Positions 32,149-41,467 of a stretch of 64,000 nucleotides of DNA are shown piece by piece. How positions within the stretch are numbered: position 1 is the first letter of the stretch; each line of letters opens with the position of its first letter. The notes under the pieces were generated by a model, which did no database searches, had not been told where the DNA came from, and saw only the letters and a program-made list of their open reading frames with translations. Position numbers and translations under genes: made by a program. Origin of the DNA: an uncultured Bacillota bacterium (GTDB taxonomy: Bacteria; Bacillota; DTU025; MWDF01); assembly GCA_963823655.1 (NCBI GenBank), contig CAWGMK010000013.1:256001-320000 (forward strand), written 5' to 3'.

Positions 32149-32685
32149 ATGCAAAAGGAGTATATTCTGTCGGGTTTCGGCGGCCAGGGATTGATGCTGG
32201 CAGGCATGCTTCTGTCCGAAGCCGGCATGCTAGAGGGCAAGAACGTTTCCTGGATACCCTCATACGGCCCCGAGATGAGAGGCGGCACCGCAAACTGCGC
32301 CGTAGTCGTCTCAGAGGAGCCCATAGGTTCCCCCATAGTGGATAATCCCGACGTGGTAGTAGCAATGAACCTGCCGTCCATGGACAAGTTCGAGCCCGCA
32401 ATAAAGAAGGGCGGCATCATGGTGTATAACTCAAGCCTTATAAAAAGGCCTCCTGCCAGGAAAGATATCACCTATATAGCAGCGCCCGCCAACGAGATCG
32501 CTGAGGCTCTGGGAAACGAGAAAGTCGCCAACATGGCGATGCTAGGAGCTATGTTTGCGGGAGATAAATGGGTGAAGGCCGAGTCTTTGGAGAAAGTCCT
32601 GTACAAGAAGATGACAGGTGCCAAGGCAAAGCTTATCCCGCTAAATATCGAGGCGATAAAGAGGGGTGCCGAGGCCTATAAATAG
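32149..32685 (+). CDS. 2-oxoacid:ferredoxin oxidoreductase gamma subunit
   Basis: GFGGQG and SYGPEMRGG motifs. Confidence 0.93.
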   Translation: MQKEYILSGFGGQGLMLAGMLLSEAGMLEGKNVSWIPSYGPEMRGGTANCAVVVSEEPIGSPIVDNPDVVVAMNLPSMDKFEPAIKKGGIMVYNSSLIKRPPARKDITYIAAPANEIAEALGNEKVANMAMLGAMFAGDKWVKAESLEKVLYKKMTGAKAKLIPLNIEAIKRGAEAYK

Positions 32686-32704
32686 CCTCACGCACTGGCA
32701 GACT

Positions 32705-32743
32705 ACCCGGGCGCTTCTTGCAATAAGGTGCGCCCGGGTTTTC
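32705..32743 (+). terminator. Rho-independent terminator
   Basis: ACCCGGGCGC...GCGCCCGGGT followed by TTTC. Confidence 0.75.
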
Positions 32744-32761
32744 AATTCGGAAGGGGGAATC

Positions 32762-33319
32762 ATGTTGAAGTGCTCGTGCGCGAAAACATCCAAAGAGGTA
32801 AGGCTCAGCGGGGGCACAGTCTTCCGGGGCAGAATAATGACGGTAGAAGAAGATAGCGTGCTTCTTCCAACGGGAGGCACTTCCACAAGGGAGGTAGTGC
32901 GCACCGCAGATTTGATATCGGCAGGGATAATCGACGCAGATGGCAAGATATGCCTCGTCAGGCAGTACAGATACCCTGCCGAGAGGCTTCTTTGGGAGAT
33001 ACCGGCAGGAAGGATAGAGCCCGGAGAGGAGCCGGAAGATGCCGCAGTGCGCGAAGCAGGCGAGGAGACCGGCCTTCGATGCGAGATAAAAAGCAAGATA
33101 GCGGGATTTTACCTTGCCGCGGGCTTTGCCACCGAGTATATGCATATGTACCTTATGGAGATCACCGGAAAGTCCGACGCGAAGCCGGACGAAGATGAGG
33201 ATATTGAAACCGCATTCTTCGGCGAAGCGGAGCTCATGCAAATGCTCGATGACGGCAGCATAGAAGATTCCAAGACGCTGATCTTCCTGAACTGGTATTT
33301 CAGAACCCGCCCCAGATGA
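32762..33319 (+). CDS. nudF: NUDIX hydrolase, ADP-ribose pyrophosphatase-like
   Basis: RQYRY, EIPAG...GE....A.RE..EETG Nudix box and DSKT; nudF-xerD synteny. Confidence 0.85.
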   Translation: MLKCSCAKTSKEVRLSGGTVFRGRIMTVEEDSVLLPTGGTSTREVVRTADLISAGIIDADGKICLVRQYRYPAERLLWEIPAGRIEPGEEPEDAAVREAGEETGLRCEIKSKIAGFYLAAGFATEYMHMYLMEITGKSDAKPDEDEDIETAFFGEAELMQMLDDGSIEDSKTLIFLNWYFRTRPR

Positions 33320-33331
33320 CGGCCGGCTAAG

Positions 33332-33360
33332 GCATGGTATAATATAATATTATGTAAACA
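33332..33360 (+). promoter_or_regulatory. xerD extended -10 promoter (TGGTATAAT) followed by a XerD-arm box TTATGTAAACA
   Basis: TG-G-TATAAT at 33335-33343. The box at 33350-33360 matches the B. subtilis dif XerD arm TTATGTAAACT at 10/11. Confidence 0.6.
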
Positions 33361-33378
33361 TGCAAGAGAGGTGCGCCG

Positions 33379-34284
33379 ATGCTGGAGGAGTTGGAGGACT
33401 ATCTGAATTTCCTTGCAGTGGAAAAGGGCCTTTCGGAGAACACCCTTTACTCCTATGCGAGGGACCTCATGGACTTTGAGCAGTTCCTCGCCGCGAAGTG
33501 CGGCGCTAAGTCCTGCTCTGCGGCCATGGTGCTGACTGCGGACGGTTCCACCGTGTCGGCTTTCGTGTCGCATTTGTCCGTAGCGGGGCTTTCTGCAGCC
33601 AGCGCATCCCGCAAGCTTACTACTATTAGGGGCCTCTATAAATACCTGCTGCGGCAGGGCGCCATGAAATCGGACCCGGCATCCAGCGTAGAGTCGATCA
33701 AGCAGCACAGGACGCTGCCCAAATGCCTTAGCATGGATGAGACCAAGTCGCTCATTGATTCTCTCAAGAAGAACAGCCCGAGAGAGCTGAGGGACCTGGC
33801 GATGCTTGAGGTGCTTTACGGCTGCGGGCTCAGGGTAAGCGAACTCGTCAACCTCAAGGTAGGCGATGTGAATACCGAGCACGGCTATGTAAGGTGCATC
33901 GGCAAGGGCTCAAAGGAAAGGATAGTCCCTTTAGGCTCGTTCGCGGCCAAGGCAGTTGACGATTATATGTCATACGGAAGGTCCGCAATTTGCAATATGA
34001 AGCCGAGCTCCTGGCTGTTCGTCACATCCGACGCCAGCCCGATGAGCAGGCAGGCTTTCTGGAAGAACCTGAAGAAAAGGTGCTTGGAGGCAGGCATCAG
34101 CTCAGAGGTTAGCCCCCACACCCTCAGGCACTCTTTTGCAACTCACCTTTTGGAAAATGGTGCGGATCTAAGATCGGTGCAGGAGATGCTAGGACATGCC
34201 GACATTGGCACGACGCAGATATATACTCATCTAACGAAGGCAAAGCTCAGGCAGGTATATGATAAGCATCACCCCAGATCGTGA
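33379..34284 (+). CDS. xerD: Tyrosine recombinase XerD
   Basis: GLRVSEL, GKGSKER, SRQ, HTLRHSFATHLL, LGH..TTQIY and HPR motifs; nudF-xerD-deoB synteny. Confidence 0.95.
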   Translation: MLEELEDYLNFLAVEKGLSENTLYSYARDLMDFEQFLAAKCGAKSCSAAMVLTADGSTVSAFVSHLSVAGLSAASASRKLTTIRGLYKYLLRQGAMKSDPASSVESIKQHRTLPKCLSMDETKSLIDSLKKNSPRELRDLAMLEVLYGCGLRVSELVNLKVGDVNTEHGYVRCIGKGSKERIVPLGSFAAKAVDDYMSYGRSAICNMKPSSWLFVTSDASPMSRQAFWKNLKKRCLEAGISSEVSPHTLRHSFATHLLENGADLRSVQEMLGHADIGTTQIYTHLTKAKLRQVYDKHHPRS

Positions 34285-34296
34285 CAGGAGGCAGGT

Positions 34297-35483
34297 ATGC
34301 TAGCGACTCAAGGAAAAGGGCGATTATATTGGTTCTGGACGGAGTAGGGGCCGGGCAGCTGCCGGACGCCGCCTTCTTATAATGACGAGGGCAGCAATAC
34401 GCTTGCCAACACCGCGCTTGCCGCAGGAGGCCTGAGCTTGCCTACACTTGGCTCCCTGGGCCTTGGAAATGCCGTAGGCCTTTCCGGGCGGAGCATGCTC
34501 GGCGTTGAACCGGCGGCAGCTCCTCTTGCCCGGTGGGGCCGCCTTGGCGAGCTGTCGCCTGGGAAAGACTCCACTACGGGGCATTGGGAGATGGCAGGAT
34601 GCGTACTTGAGAAGGCCTTCCCGCTCTATCCGAAGGGATTTCCAAAGGAGATACTCGACGAGTTCGTGAAGCAGACCGGCCGCGGCGTGCTCTGCAACCT
34701 CCCATATTCGGGGACTGATGTAATCCGCGATTACGGCGATGAGCATCTGGATACGGGCAAGCTGATAGTTTACACTTCTGGCGATTTTGTCTTCCAGATT
34801 GCGGCGCATACGGATATCGTCCCTCTGGAGGAGCTATATTCGGCATCTGTGAAAGCGCGACAGATACTAATCGGCGAGCATGAAGTCGGCAGGGTGATAG
34901 CGAGGCCTTTCGCAGGCCCTCGCGGAGCATATGTGCGGATCGGTGCCAAAAGGCGCGACTTTGCCATAGAGCCGCCCGTGCCCAACTCTACTGCAGCTTG
35001 TGAAGGACTCCGGGCTTAATGTCATGGGGTGCGGCAAGATCGATGATCTCTTCGCAAACAAAGGCTTGACCCATTCAAGGCATGTATCAGGCAACAAGGC
35101 GACGATGGAGGCCCTCATGCAGTTCATGGACGAGGGGCAAGCCGGGCTGATCTTCGCCAACTGCGTCGACTTCGACATGCTATACGGCCACAGGAATGAC
35201 TATCAAGGGCATGGCAAGCGCCCTTGAGGAAGTCGATGCCCTTATAGCCGATGTAATGGGCAGGATGGGGGAGTCGGACCTTATAATTATTACGGCCGAC
35301 CACGGAAACGACCCCACAACGCCAAGCACCGATCATAGCAGGGAGTATACTCCTGTTCTCGTTTGGGCGCCCGGCATTGATGCCTTAGGCATCGGAGACA
35401 GGAAGAGCTTCGCCGACGTCGGCGCCACCGTCGCCAAATGGCTGGGGGTTGGTTGGGGACTGCCCGGCGAGAGCATTGCTTAG
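34297..35483 (+). CDS. deoB: Phosphopentomutase (several frameshifts)
   Basis: VLDGVG, GKDSTTGHWE, GRVIARPF, DFDMLYGHRND and TADHGNDP..TDHSRE motifs across frames. Confidence 0.92.
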
Positions 35484-35504
35484 CCGAAAGGAGAGAGCGG
35501 ATCT

Positions 35505-36809
35505 ATGCTCATCCAGGATATAATCGCGAAGAAGAAAGTAGGATCCCGCCTTGAGAAAGACGAGATCGATTTCTTCATAAAAGGAATAGTCAGCGGCGAG
35601 ATCCCGGACTATCAGGCGACCGCCCTTCTTATGGCCATATGGATAAAAGGCATGGATGTGAAGGAGACGGTAGACCTTACCCTTTCCATGGCTGAATCTG
35701 GAGATATGCTGGACCTTTCGGAAATACCCGGCATAAAGCTGGATAAGCACTCAACAGGAGGAGTCGCGGATACGACGACTCTAATATTGGCCCCGCTTGT
35801 AGCGGCGCTCGGCTACCCTGTGGCGAAACTTTCCGGAAGAGGCTTAGGCCACACCGGAGGCACCCTGGACAAGCTGGAGTCTATCCCAGGTATGAGCGTC
35901 GATCTTTCCAAGAGGCAGTTCATAGAGCAGGTTAAAAGGATCGGCCTTGCCGTTTCAGGGCAGACTGCTGATATCGCCCCCGCCGACAAGATACTTTACT
36001 CGTTAAGGGATGTCACATCTACGACGGACAACATCGCGCTAATGGCGTCGAGCATAATGAGCAAGAAGCTTGCCTCGGGCTCAGATGCCATAGTGCTGGA
36101 TGTGAAGACGGGAAGAGGCGCCTTCCTGCCCGATGTGGCAAGCTCAACGGAGCTTGCGCGGCTCATGGTCGACATCGGAAGGGCTTCCGGGCGGAGGATG
36201 GCGGCGGTTGTTACGGACATGAACCAGCCTTTGGGCACTGCAATCGGAAATGCCCTTGAGATTATTGAGGCGGCCGAGATGCTGGCTAGTCCCAAACCCT
36301 CAAGGCTGCTTGACATAGTCATGCATCTTGCGACGCTTATGATAAGATGCGCCGGCGACACCAGAGACGAGAGCCTGATAAACCTGGACCTGCTCAAAGC
36401 GCTTGGGACTGGCAAAGCCCTGCAGAAGCTGTGCGAGATGGTGGAGTGCCAGGGAGGGGACCCTAGCTACATAGAGAATCCTTCCAAATTCGAGCTGGCC
36501 GGCAATGTCTTGGAAGTAAAAGCGCAGAAGGCAGGTTGGATCAGCTCTATAGATGGGCTTGAGCTGGGCAAAGCGTCAGTGGTAATCGGGGCGGGAAGGC
36601 GCCGCAAGGGCGATCCCGTAGATTTCGGTGTGGGCATGGTAATTTCAAAGCAGGTGGGCGACAGGATCGAGGCGGGGGAGCCTTTCGCGAAAGTGTACGC
36701 GAGGAACATCTCCGATCTAAATGCTGCGGCAGCATCCTGCATAAGTGCATTTGCGATATCGGAGACAAGCACGGCGAAGCCACCCCTTGTCTACGAAACC
36801 ATAGAGTGA
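35505..36809 (+). CDS. pdp: Pyrimidine-nucleoside/thymidine phosphorylase
   Basis: DKHSTGG, SGRGLGHTGGTLDKLESIPG and SIMSKK motifs. Confidence 0.96.
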   Translation: MLIQDIIAKKKVGSRLEKDEIDFFIKGIVSGEIPDYQATALLMAIWIKGMDVKETVDLTLSMAESGDMLDLSEIPGIKLDKHSTGGVADTTTLILAPLVAALGYPVAKLSGRGLGHTGGTLDKLESIPGMSVDLSKRQFIEQVKRIGLAVSGQTADIAPADKILYSLRDVTSTTDNIALMASSIMSKKLASGSDAIVLDVKTGRGAFLPDVASSTELARLMVDIGRASGRRMAAVVTDMNQPLGTAIGNALEIIEAAEMLASPKPSRLLDIVMHLATLMIRCAGDTRDESLINLDLLKALGTGKALQKLCEMVECQGGDPSYIENPSKFELAGNVLEVKAQKAGWISSIDGLELGKASVVIGAGRRRKGDPVDFGVGMVISKQVGDRIEAGEPFAKVYARNISDLNAAAASCISAFAISETSTAKPPLVYETIE

Positions 36810-36866
36810 TATACCATTTAAGGCACTTGGTTTAGAATAATACTACTCTGTTCTGGAGGTTTGTTT

Positions 36867-37847
36867 ATGAAGAAGGGGACAATTCTCAGCGGGATGAGGC
36901 CGACGGGCAAGCTGCATCTTGGAAACTACCTGACGCTTAGAAACTGGGTGAAGCTGCAGCGCGAATATGATTGTTTCTTTACTATCGTGGACTGGCACGC
37001 GCTGACGACCGGCTATGAGAATACAACCGAGCTGCCCCAGAACATCAAGGATATGGCGCTTGACTGGCTTGCGGCCGGCATTGACCCGGAGGCGGCGCCC
37101 GTCTTCGTTCAGTCCCAGGTAAAGCAGCACGCTGAGCTGCATTTGCTGCTATCCATGATAACCCCCCTCGGTTGGCTTGAGCGCTGCCCTACCTACAAGG
37201 AGCAGCTTAGACAGATTTCGGACAGGGAGATCCAGACATACGGCTTTCTCGGCTACCCCGTCTTGCAGGCGGCCGACATTGCGATATACATGGCTGACAC
37301 TGTGCCCGTCGGCCAGGACCAGGTCCCCCATATCGAGCTGGCAAGGGAAATCGTAAGGAGATTCAACTTCCTCTACGGCAATACCCTTGTGGAGCCGGCT
37401 GCGATCCTTAACAATGTGCCCCTTCTGCCTGGAACCGACGGAAGGAAGATGAGTAAAAGCTACGGCAATTACATAGCGCTCTCCGACGCTCCCGAGAAGG
37501 TAGCCCAATCCATCTCGCAGATGGTCACCGACCCTGCCAGGATAAAGAAGAGCGACCCGGGACATCCGGACATATGCACCGTTTTCGCTTACTATGCCGC
37601 ATTCTTCCCGGAGATGCTGGATGAGGTGCGCACGGAATGCGAAGGTGCGCAGATAGGCTGCGTCGCGTGCAAGAAACGCCTTTCGGCAAAGCTTCTGGAA
37701 GTGCTCTCCCCTATACACGAGAGGAGAAGCATGTTCGCCGCAGACCCCGACCTTGTAGACGGCATCCTTTTGAAGGGCGCTGCCTCGGCCGAAAAAACCG
37801 CGGAAGCTACGATGAAGCGCGTTAGGTCGGCGATCGGGCTGGCATGA
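36867..37847 (+). CDS. trpS: Tryptophanyl-tRNA synthetase
   Basis: PTGKLHLGN, YPVLQAADI, VPVGQDQ and KMSKS motifs. Confidence 0.98.
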   Translation: MKKGTILSGMRPTGKLHLGNYLTLRNWVKLQREYDCFFTIVDWHALTTGYENTTELPQNIKDMALDWLAAGIDPEAAPVFVQSQVKQHAELHLLLSMITPLGWLERCPTYKEQLRQISDREIQTYGFLGYPVLQAADIAIYMADTVPVGQDQVPHIELAREIVRRFNFLYGNTLVEPAAILNNVPLLPGTDGRKMSKSYGNYIALSDAPEKVAQSISQMVTDPARIKKSDPGHPDICTVFAYYAAFFPEMLDEVRTECEGAQIGCVACKKRLSAKLLEVLSPIHERRSMFAADPDLVDGILLKGAASAEKTAEATMKRVRSAIGLA

Positions 37848-38629
37848 TTGCACTCCCGGAGGCATCACATGATGCGGGCAGGTTCCAGGCGCAAGGATAC
37901 AGCGGGCCGCTGAATCTCCTGTTGGACCTCATTGAGCAGAGAAAGGTCGACATCTGCGAAGTATCGCTTGCCCAGATCACCGACGACTACTTGCAGAGGA
38001 TAAGCCTTGTGCAGTGGCCGGACCTTGAGGAATCCTCCCGCTTCCTGGTGATTGCGGCGACTCTTTTGTTCATTAAGGCACGGGTCCTTATGCCAAAGCG
38101 GAAGGACCTGGATGAGCCCGAAGAGATCGAAGAGGGAGAGGACCCTGCCGAGCTTCTGGTTAACAGGCTCAGGGCTTACAAGATATTTAGGGATGCGGCG
38201 AGGAAGCTTAGGCTGCTTGAAGCCGATGCCTCCCTGCATTTCCGAAGGGGAAGGTACGAGAAACTGGGCTCCAGGTGGCCCGGCAACCCTTTGGAGGGCA
38301 TGCTGCCTCAGGATTTCCTCGACATAATAACTCGGATCGCCGCAGAGAAGAAGCAGGGGGACATATCTGTACCTTACGAGGAGACCCCGCTTGAGGATTT
38401 CATGAACTCGCTAATCGGGGCGCTCAAGAGGAAAAGAAATGCGGATTTCCTTAAGGCGCTCGGTACAATAAAGGACAAGCAGGCCCTCATCGGCAGCCTT
38501 CTGGCCCTTCTGGAGCTTGCCAAGCTGGGGATAATATCGATAAGCCAAATGGGGCCGGGACAGCCGATCTGGATGTCCCTGAGGGAGGAGGGAATACATG
38601 GACCTGGTAAAGATGAAATCTTTGATTGA
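37844..38629 (+). CDS. scpA: Segregation and condensation protein A (kleisin)
   Basis: GPLNLLL.LI, FLVIAATLL.IKAR and LALLEL motifs. Confidence 0.93.
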   Translation: MIALPEASHDAGRFQAQGYSGPLNLLLDLIEQRKVDICEVSLAQITDDYLQRISLVQWPDLEESSRFLVIAATLLFIKARVLMPKRKDLDEPEEIEEGEDPAELLVNRLRAYKIFRDAARKLRLLEADASLHFRRGRYEKLGSRWPGNPLEGMLPQDFLDIITRIAAEKKQGDISVPYEETPLEDFMNSLIGALKRKRNADFLKALGTIKDKQALIGSLLALLELAKLGIISISQMGPGQPIWMSLREEGIHGPGKDEIFD

Positions 38630-39143
38630 AGCCGTGATATTCGCTTCACCCGAGCCCGTGGATATGCAAGACCTTGCCGCGTCATTGGGCATCGAAACAG
38701 GCACTATGTCAGCTCTGTTAAGAGATATCGAAGAGGAGCTGAACCGACCTGATTCGGGAATAAGGCTTTCTAAAGCGGGAGGCGGGGTCAGCATGGTGAC
38801 GAAGCCGGAGCTCGCTGACGAAATCTCACAGTACCTGGCGGCTATTCGGCATTCGGCGCTGACGGACGCTTCGCTTGAGACGCTTGCGATAATTGCGTAC
38901 AAGCAGCCAATAACCAAGGCAGAAATCGAGCAGATCAGAGGAGTCGGGGCAGAATCCGCGCTGATCACCCTCGCTCAAAGAGGGCTGATAGCCGAAAGGG
39001 GCCGCAAGAGCGCCCCGGGACGCCCCATTTTGTACGGGACAACTAAGGATTTTCTAGTATACTTGGGTTTGCCGGACATAGCATCGCTTCCGGGCATTGA
39101 AATGGAAACCGACGAGGGGCAGAAGCTTCCGGGTTTAGATTAG
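38598..39143 (+). CDS. scpB: Segregation and condensation protein B
   Basis: LETLAIIAYKQP.T..EIE.IRGV and GRP.LYGTT motifs. Confidence 0.96.
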   Translation: MDLVKMKSLIEAVIFASPEPVDMQDLAASLGIETGTMSALLRDIEEELNRPDSGIRLSKAGGGVSMVTKPELADEISQYLAAIRHSALTDASLETLAIIAYKQPITKAEIEQIRGVGAESALITLAQRGLIAERGRKSAPGRPILYGTTKDFLVYLGLPDIASLPGIEMETDEGQKLPGLD

Positions 39144-39175
39144 GGCAGCGCAGTTAGCGCTCAGAGGTGTTTATT

Positions 39176-39817
39176 ATGGTAGTAGCAGTGATTGGTCTCG
39201 GAGTATTCGGCGTTTCAGTTGCCTTAAAGCTCGCATATGAAGGCGCCGAAGTATTCGCCATCGACAAGGAAGAGGAAAAGGTCAAGAAGTACGCAAATTT
39301 CGTTACTCATGCCGTTTCGGCTGACGTTACCGATAGGGACGCCATGGAGAGCATCGGCATCAGGAACGTGGACGTGGCCGTCATAACGACCGCCTCCGAT
39401 ATAACGATGTCGGTCGTGGGAACCATGGTGCTCAAGGAGCTGGGTATCCCCAGGGTAATCGCGAAGGCGAAGGATGAGATGCACGGCAGAATTTTGCAGG
39501 CTGTCGGCGCCAGCCGCGTTGTCTACCCCGAGAAGGAGGCCGGCGAGAGGCTGGCCCACTCCATACTCTCGAACAACTTCATCGATCTCATTGAACTCGA
39601 TCCTAGGTTCTCAATTCTCGAGATCAAGGCGCCGGAGAAGATTGTGGGCAGGACACTCAAGCAGATAGACGTAAGGGCCAAGTACGGCGTTAACATAGTA
39701 GCCGTCAAATCGGCGGACAAATGGATACTGACGCCGGGGGCCAACGATGTAATAAAGCAGAATGACATTCTAGTCACCATAGGCTCGAACGAGGATTTGG
39801 AGAAGTTCAAGGAATGA
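39176..39817 (+). CDS. KtrA/TrkA family K+ uptake regulatory subunit
   Basis: IGLGVFG Rossmann motif, VVYPE.E and a C-terminal RCK_C domain. Confidence 0.9.
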   Translation: MVVAVIGLGVFGVSVALKLAYEGAEVFAIDKEEEKVKKYANFVTHAVSADVTDRDAMESIGIRNVDVAVITTASDITMSVVGTMVLKELGIPRVIAKAKDEMHGRILQAVGASRVVYPEKEAGERLAHSILSNNFIDLIELDPRFSILEIKAPEKIVGRTLKQIDVRAKYGVNIVAVKSADKWILTPGANDVIKQNDILVTIGSNEDLEKFKE

Positions 39818-40576
39818 CAGAACAGAGGATATCCAAATATCTCGCCTATTGCGGCATCGCCTCCAGACGCAAGTCGGAGGCTTTCGTCACATCGGGCAGA
39901 GTCAGCGTAAACGGCGAGACCATCACGGATTTAGCCTACAAAGTGAACCCTGATGACAAGGTTTGCCTTGATGGCCGGCCGATCACTCCTGCGGGCAACT
40001 TCATCTATATCATGTTGAATAAACCCAGGGGCTACCTTACCACAGCATCGGACGATCGCGGCCGCAAGACCGTAATGTCCCTTATAGAGCCCGGAGAGCA
40101 TAGGGTTTTCCCTGTCGGCAGGCTAGATCTGGATTCGGAAGGCCTTCTTTTGCTGACAGACGACGGCGACCTGGCGTTCCGGCTAACACACCCGGGAAAG
40201 AATATAGACAAGAAATATGTGGCGGCACTTAGCAATCCTATAAAAGAGGATTTCTTACAGATTTTGCGAATAGGTATTATGTTAGACGAGACTTTGACCT
40301 CACCGGCAAAGGTTAGGAAGGTGCACCCTTCCGGCCTCATAATTGAGGTTGTGATCCATGAGGGCAGGAAGCGGCAGGTTAGGCGCATGGTAGAGGCAGC
40401 AGGTAGCAGGGTATCTCTCACTGAAGCGCACCGAACTGGGGCCCTTGCAGCTGGGTTCGCTGAAAACCGGTGAATGGAGATATCTGACTGAGGACGAGGT
40501 TCTGAACCTTAGGCAATTAGGAGACAAAGTCCCCGAAAGGAGGGCCGGCGATGATAAAGAGGATCAAGAACAATAG
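39814..40576 (+). CDS. rluB: 23S rRNA pseudouridine synthase RluB-like (frameshift near 40420)
   Basis: S4 domain, NKPRG, VGRLD and EGRKRQVRRM motifs. The LKR..G.L...G.WR.L tail is in another frame ending at 40576. Confidence 0.9.
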
Positions 40577-40892
40577 TGGCTTAACGGCAGTCGAGGTAAT
40601 CGTTGCCGCCGTAATCCTCGTTATTGCATCTGTATCCCTGCTTGGGCTCTATAACAGCAATTTCGGCTGGATTATTGGGGCCGGTTTCAGGACAGAGGCC
40701 GTTGATAAGGCAAAGGCATTGATTGATGCGAAAATCGCGGCCGGGGCAGCTACAGGTTCGACCGGCCAGCTGGTAATAAGCTTCACGGGAACTGATGACG
40801 TTATTGTAGAGGGCGAGTTCGTCAGGTTCACAGGAACAGACGGCCCTAACGACTCAACATCGGTGACTCTTAATACATTCATCCCTAAGTAG
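40551..40892 (+). CDS. Prepilin-type minor pilin (PilV-like)
   Basis: Basic leader MIKRIKNNSG, then LTAVEV and a hydrophobic helix (class III signal, Glu at +5). Confidence 0.8.
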   Translation: MIKRIKNNSGLTAVEVIVAAVILVIASVSLLGLYNSNFGWIIGAGFRTEAVDKAKALIDAKIAAGAATGSTGQLVISFTGTDDVIVEGEFVRFTGTDGPNDSTSVTLNTFIPK

Positions 40893-40912
40893 ACAGAAAG
40901 GAGGAGGCGCTA

Positions 40913-41445
40913 GTGCTCTTACGCAGGCTGAGAAATCAAAAAGGCGTGACTCTGGTCGAGCTTATTCTTGTCATTGCAGTGCTCGGATTTGTGATGGCTG
41001 CCGCGCTCTCCTTCTTCTTGATTGGGCACCAGGACATTTTCTTTGGGAAGCAGCCAGGCTAAGGTACAGCAGGAAGCAAGGCTGGCTACGACTATAGTCA
41101 GCGGCGATTTGAGGACTTCCTTGAACGTACGCGCCTATTTCCCGGGGGACACATGGGTTGCAGATTTAGACGACTATGTAGTGCAGAGGATAGGGACTGA
41201 GGCTCCTTTCTCGCTGATGTATACGAGGCCTAGCGGCAATTTGGAGACAGATTCAGTATTTACGAGCCTGGTTTTCAACGTTGTTACAGATGCAAACGGA
41301 AAGAGGTTCATCGTTTTCGAAGCAACAGGCGTGGATAGGGCAAAGGCAATATACAATTAATTCTTCCATGTTGCTCGAAAACTATAATAAGCATCCATTA
41401 CTCGCAGATGGCGAGGGCTATACAGTTATTGTCTTCGACAAGTAA
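40913..41445 (+). CDS. Prepilin-type minor pilin (PilW/PulJ-like), 1-2 frameshifts
   Basis: GTG start after GGAGGAGG gives MLLRRLRNQKG|VTLVELILVIAVLG. It continues in ORF 41022-41360 (QQEARLA..I..DLR) and probably on to the stop at 41445. Confidence 0.75.
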
Positions 41446-41467
41446 GTAGCTTTGAAGGAGGGGCGAC

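Noticed and set aside
33379-34284. Tyrosine recombinase as a phage/ICE integrase
   Set aside because: It has XerD signatures and core nudF-xerD-deoB synteny, with no cargo or att repeats.
36810-36866. T-box riboswitch before trpS (or proS)
   Set aside because: The spacer is only ~57 bp with no T-box motif, and proS overlaps ispG.
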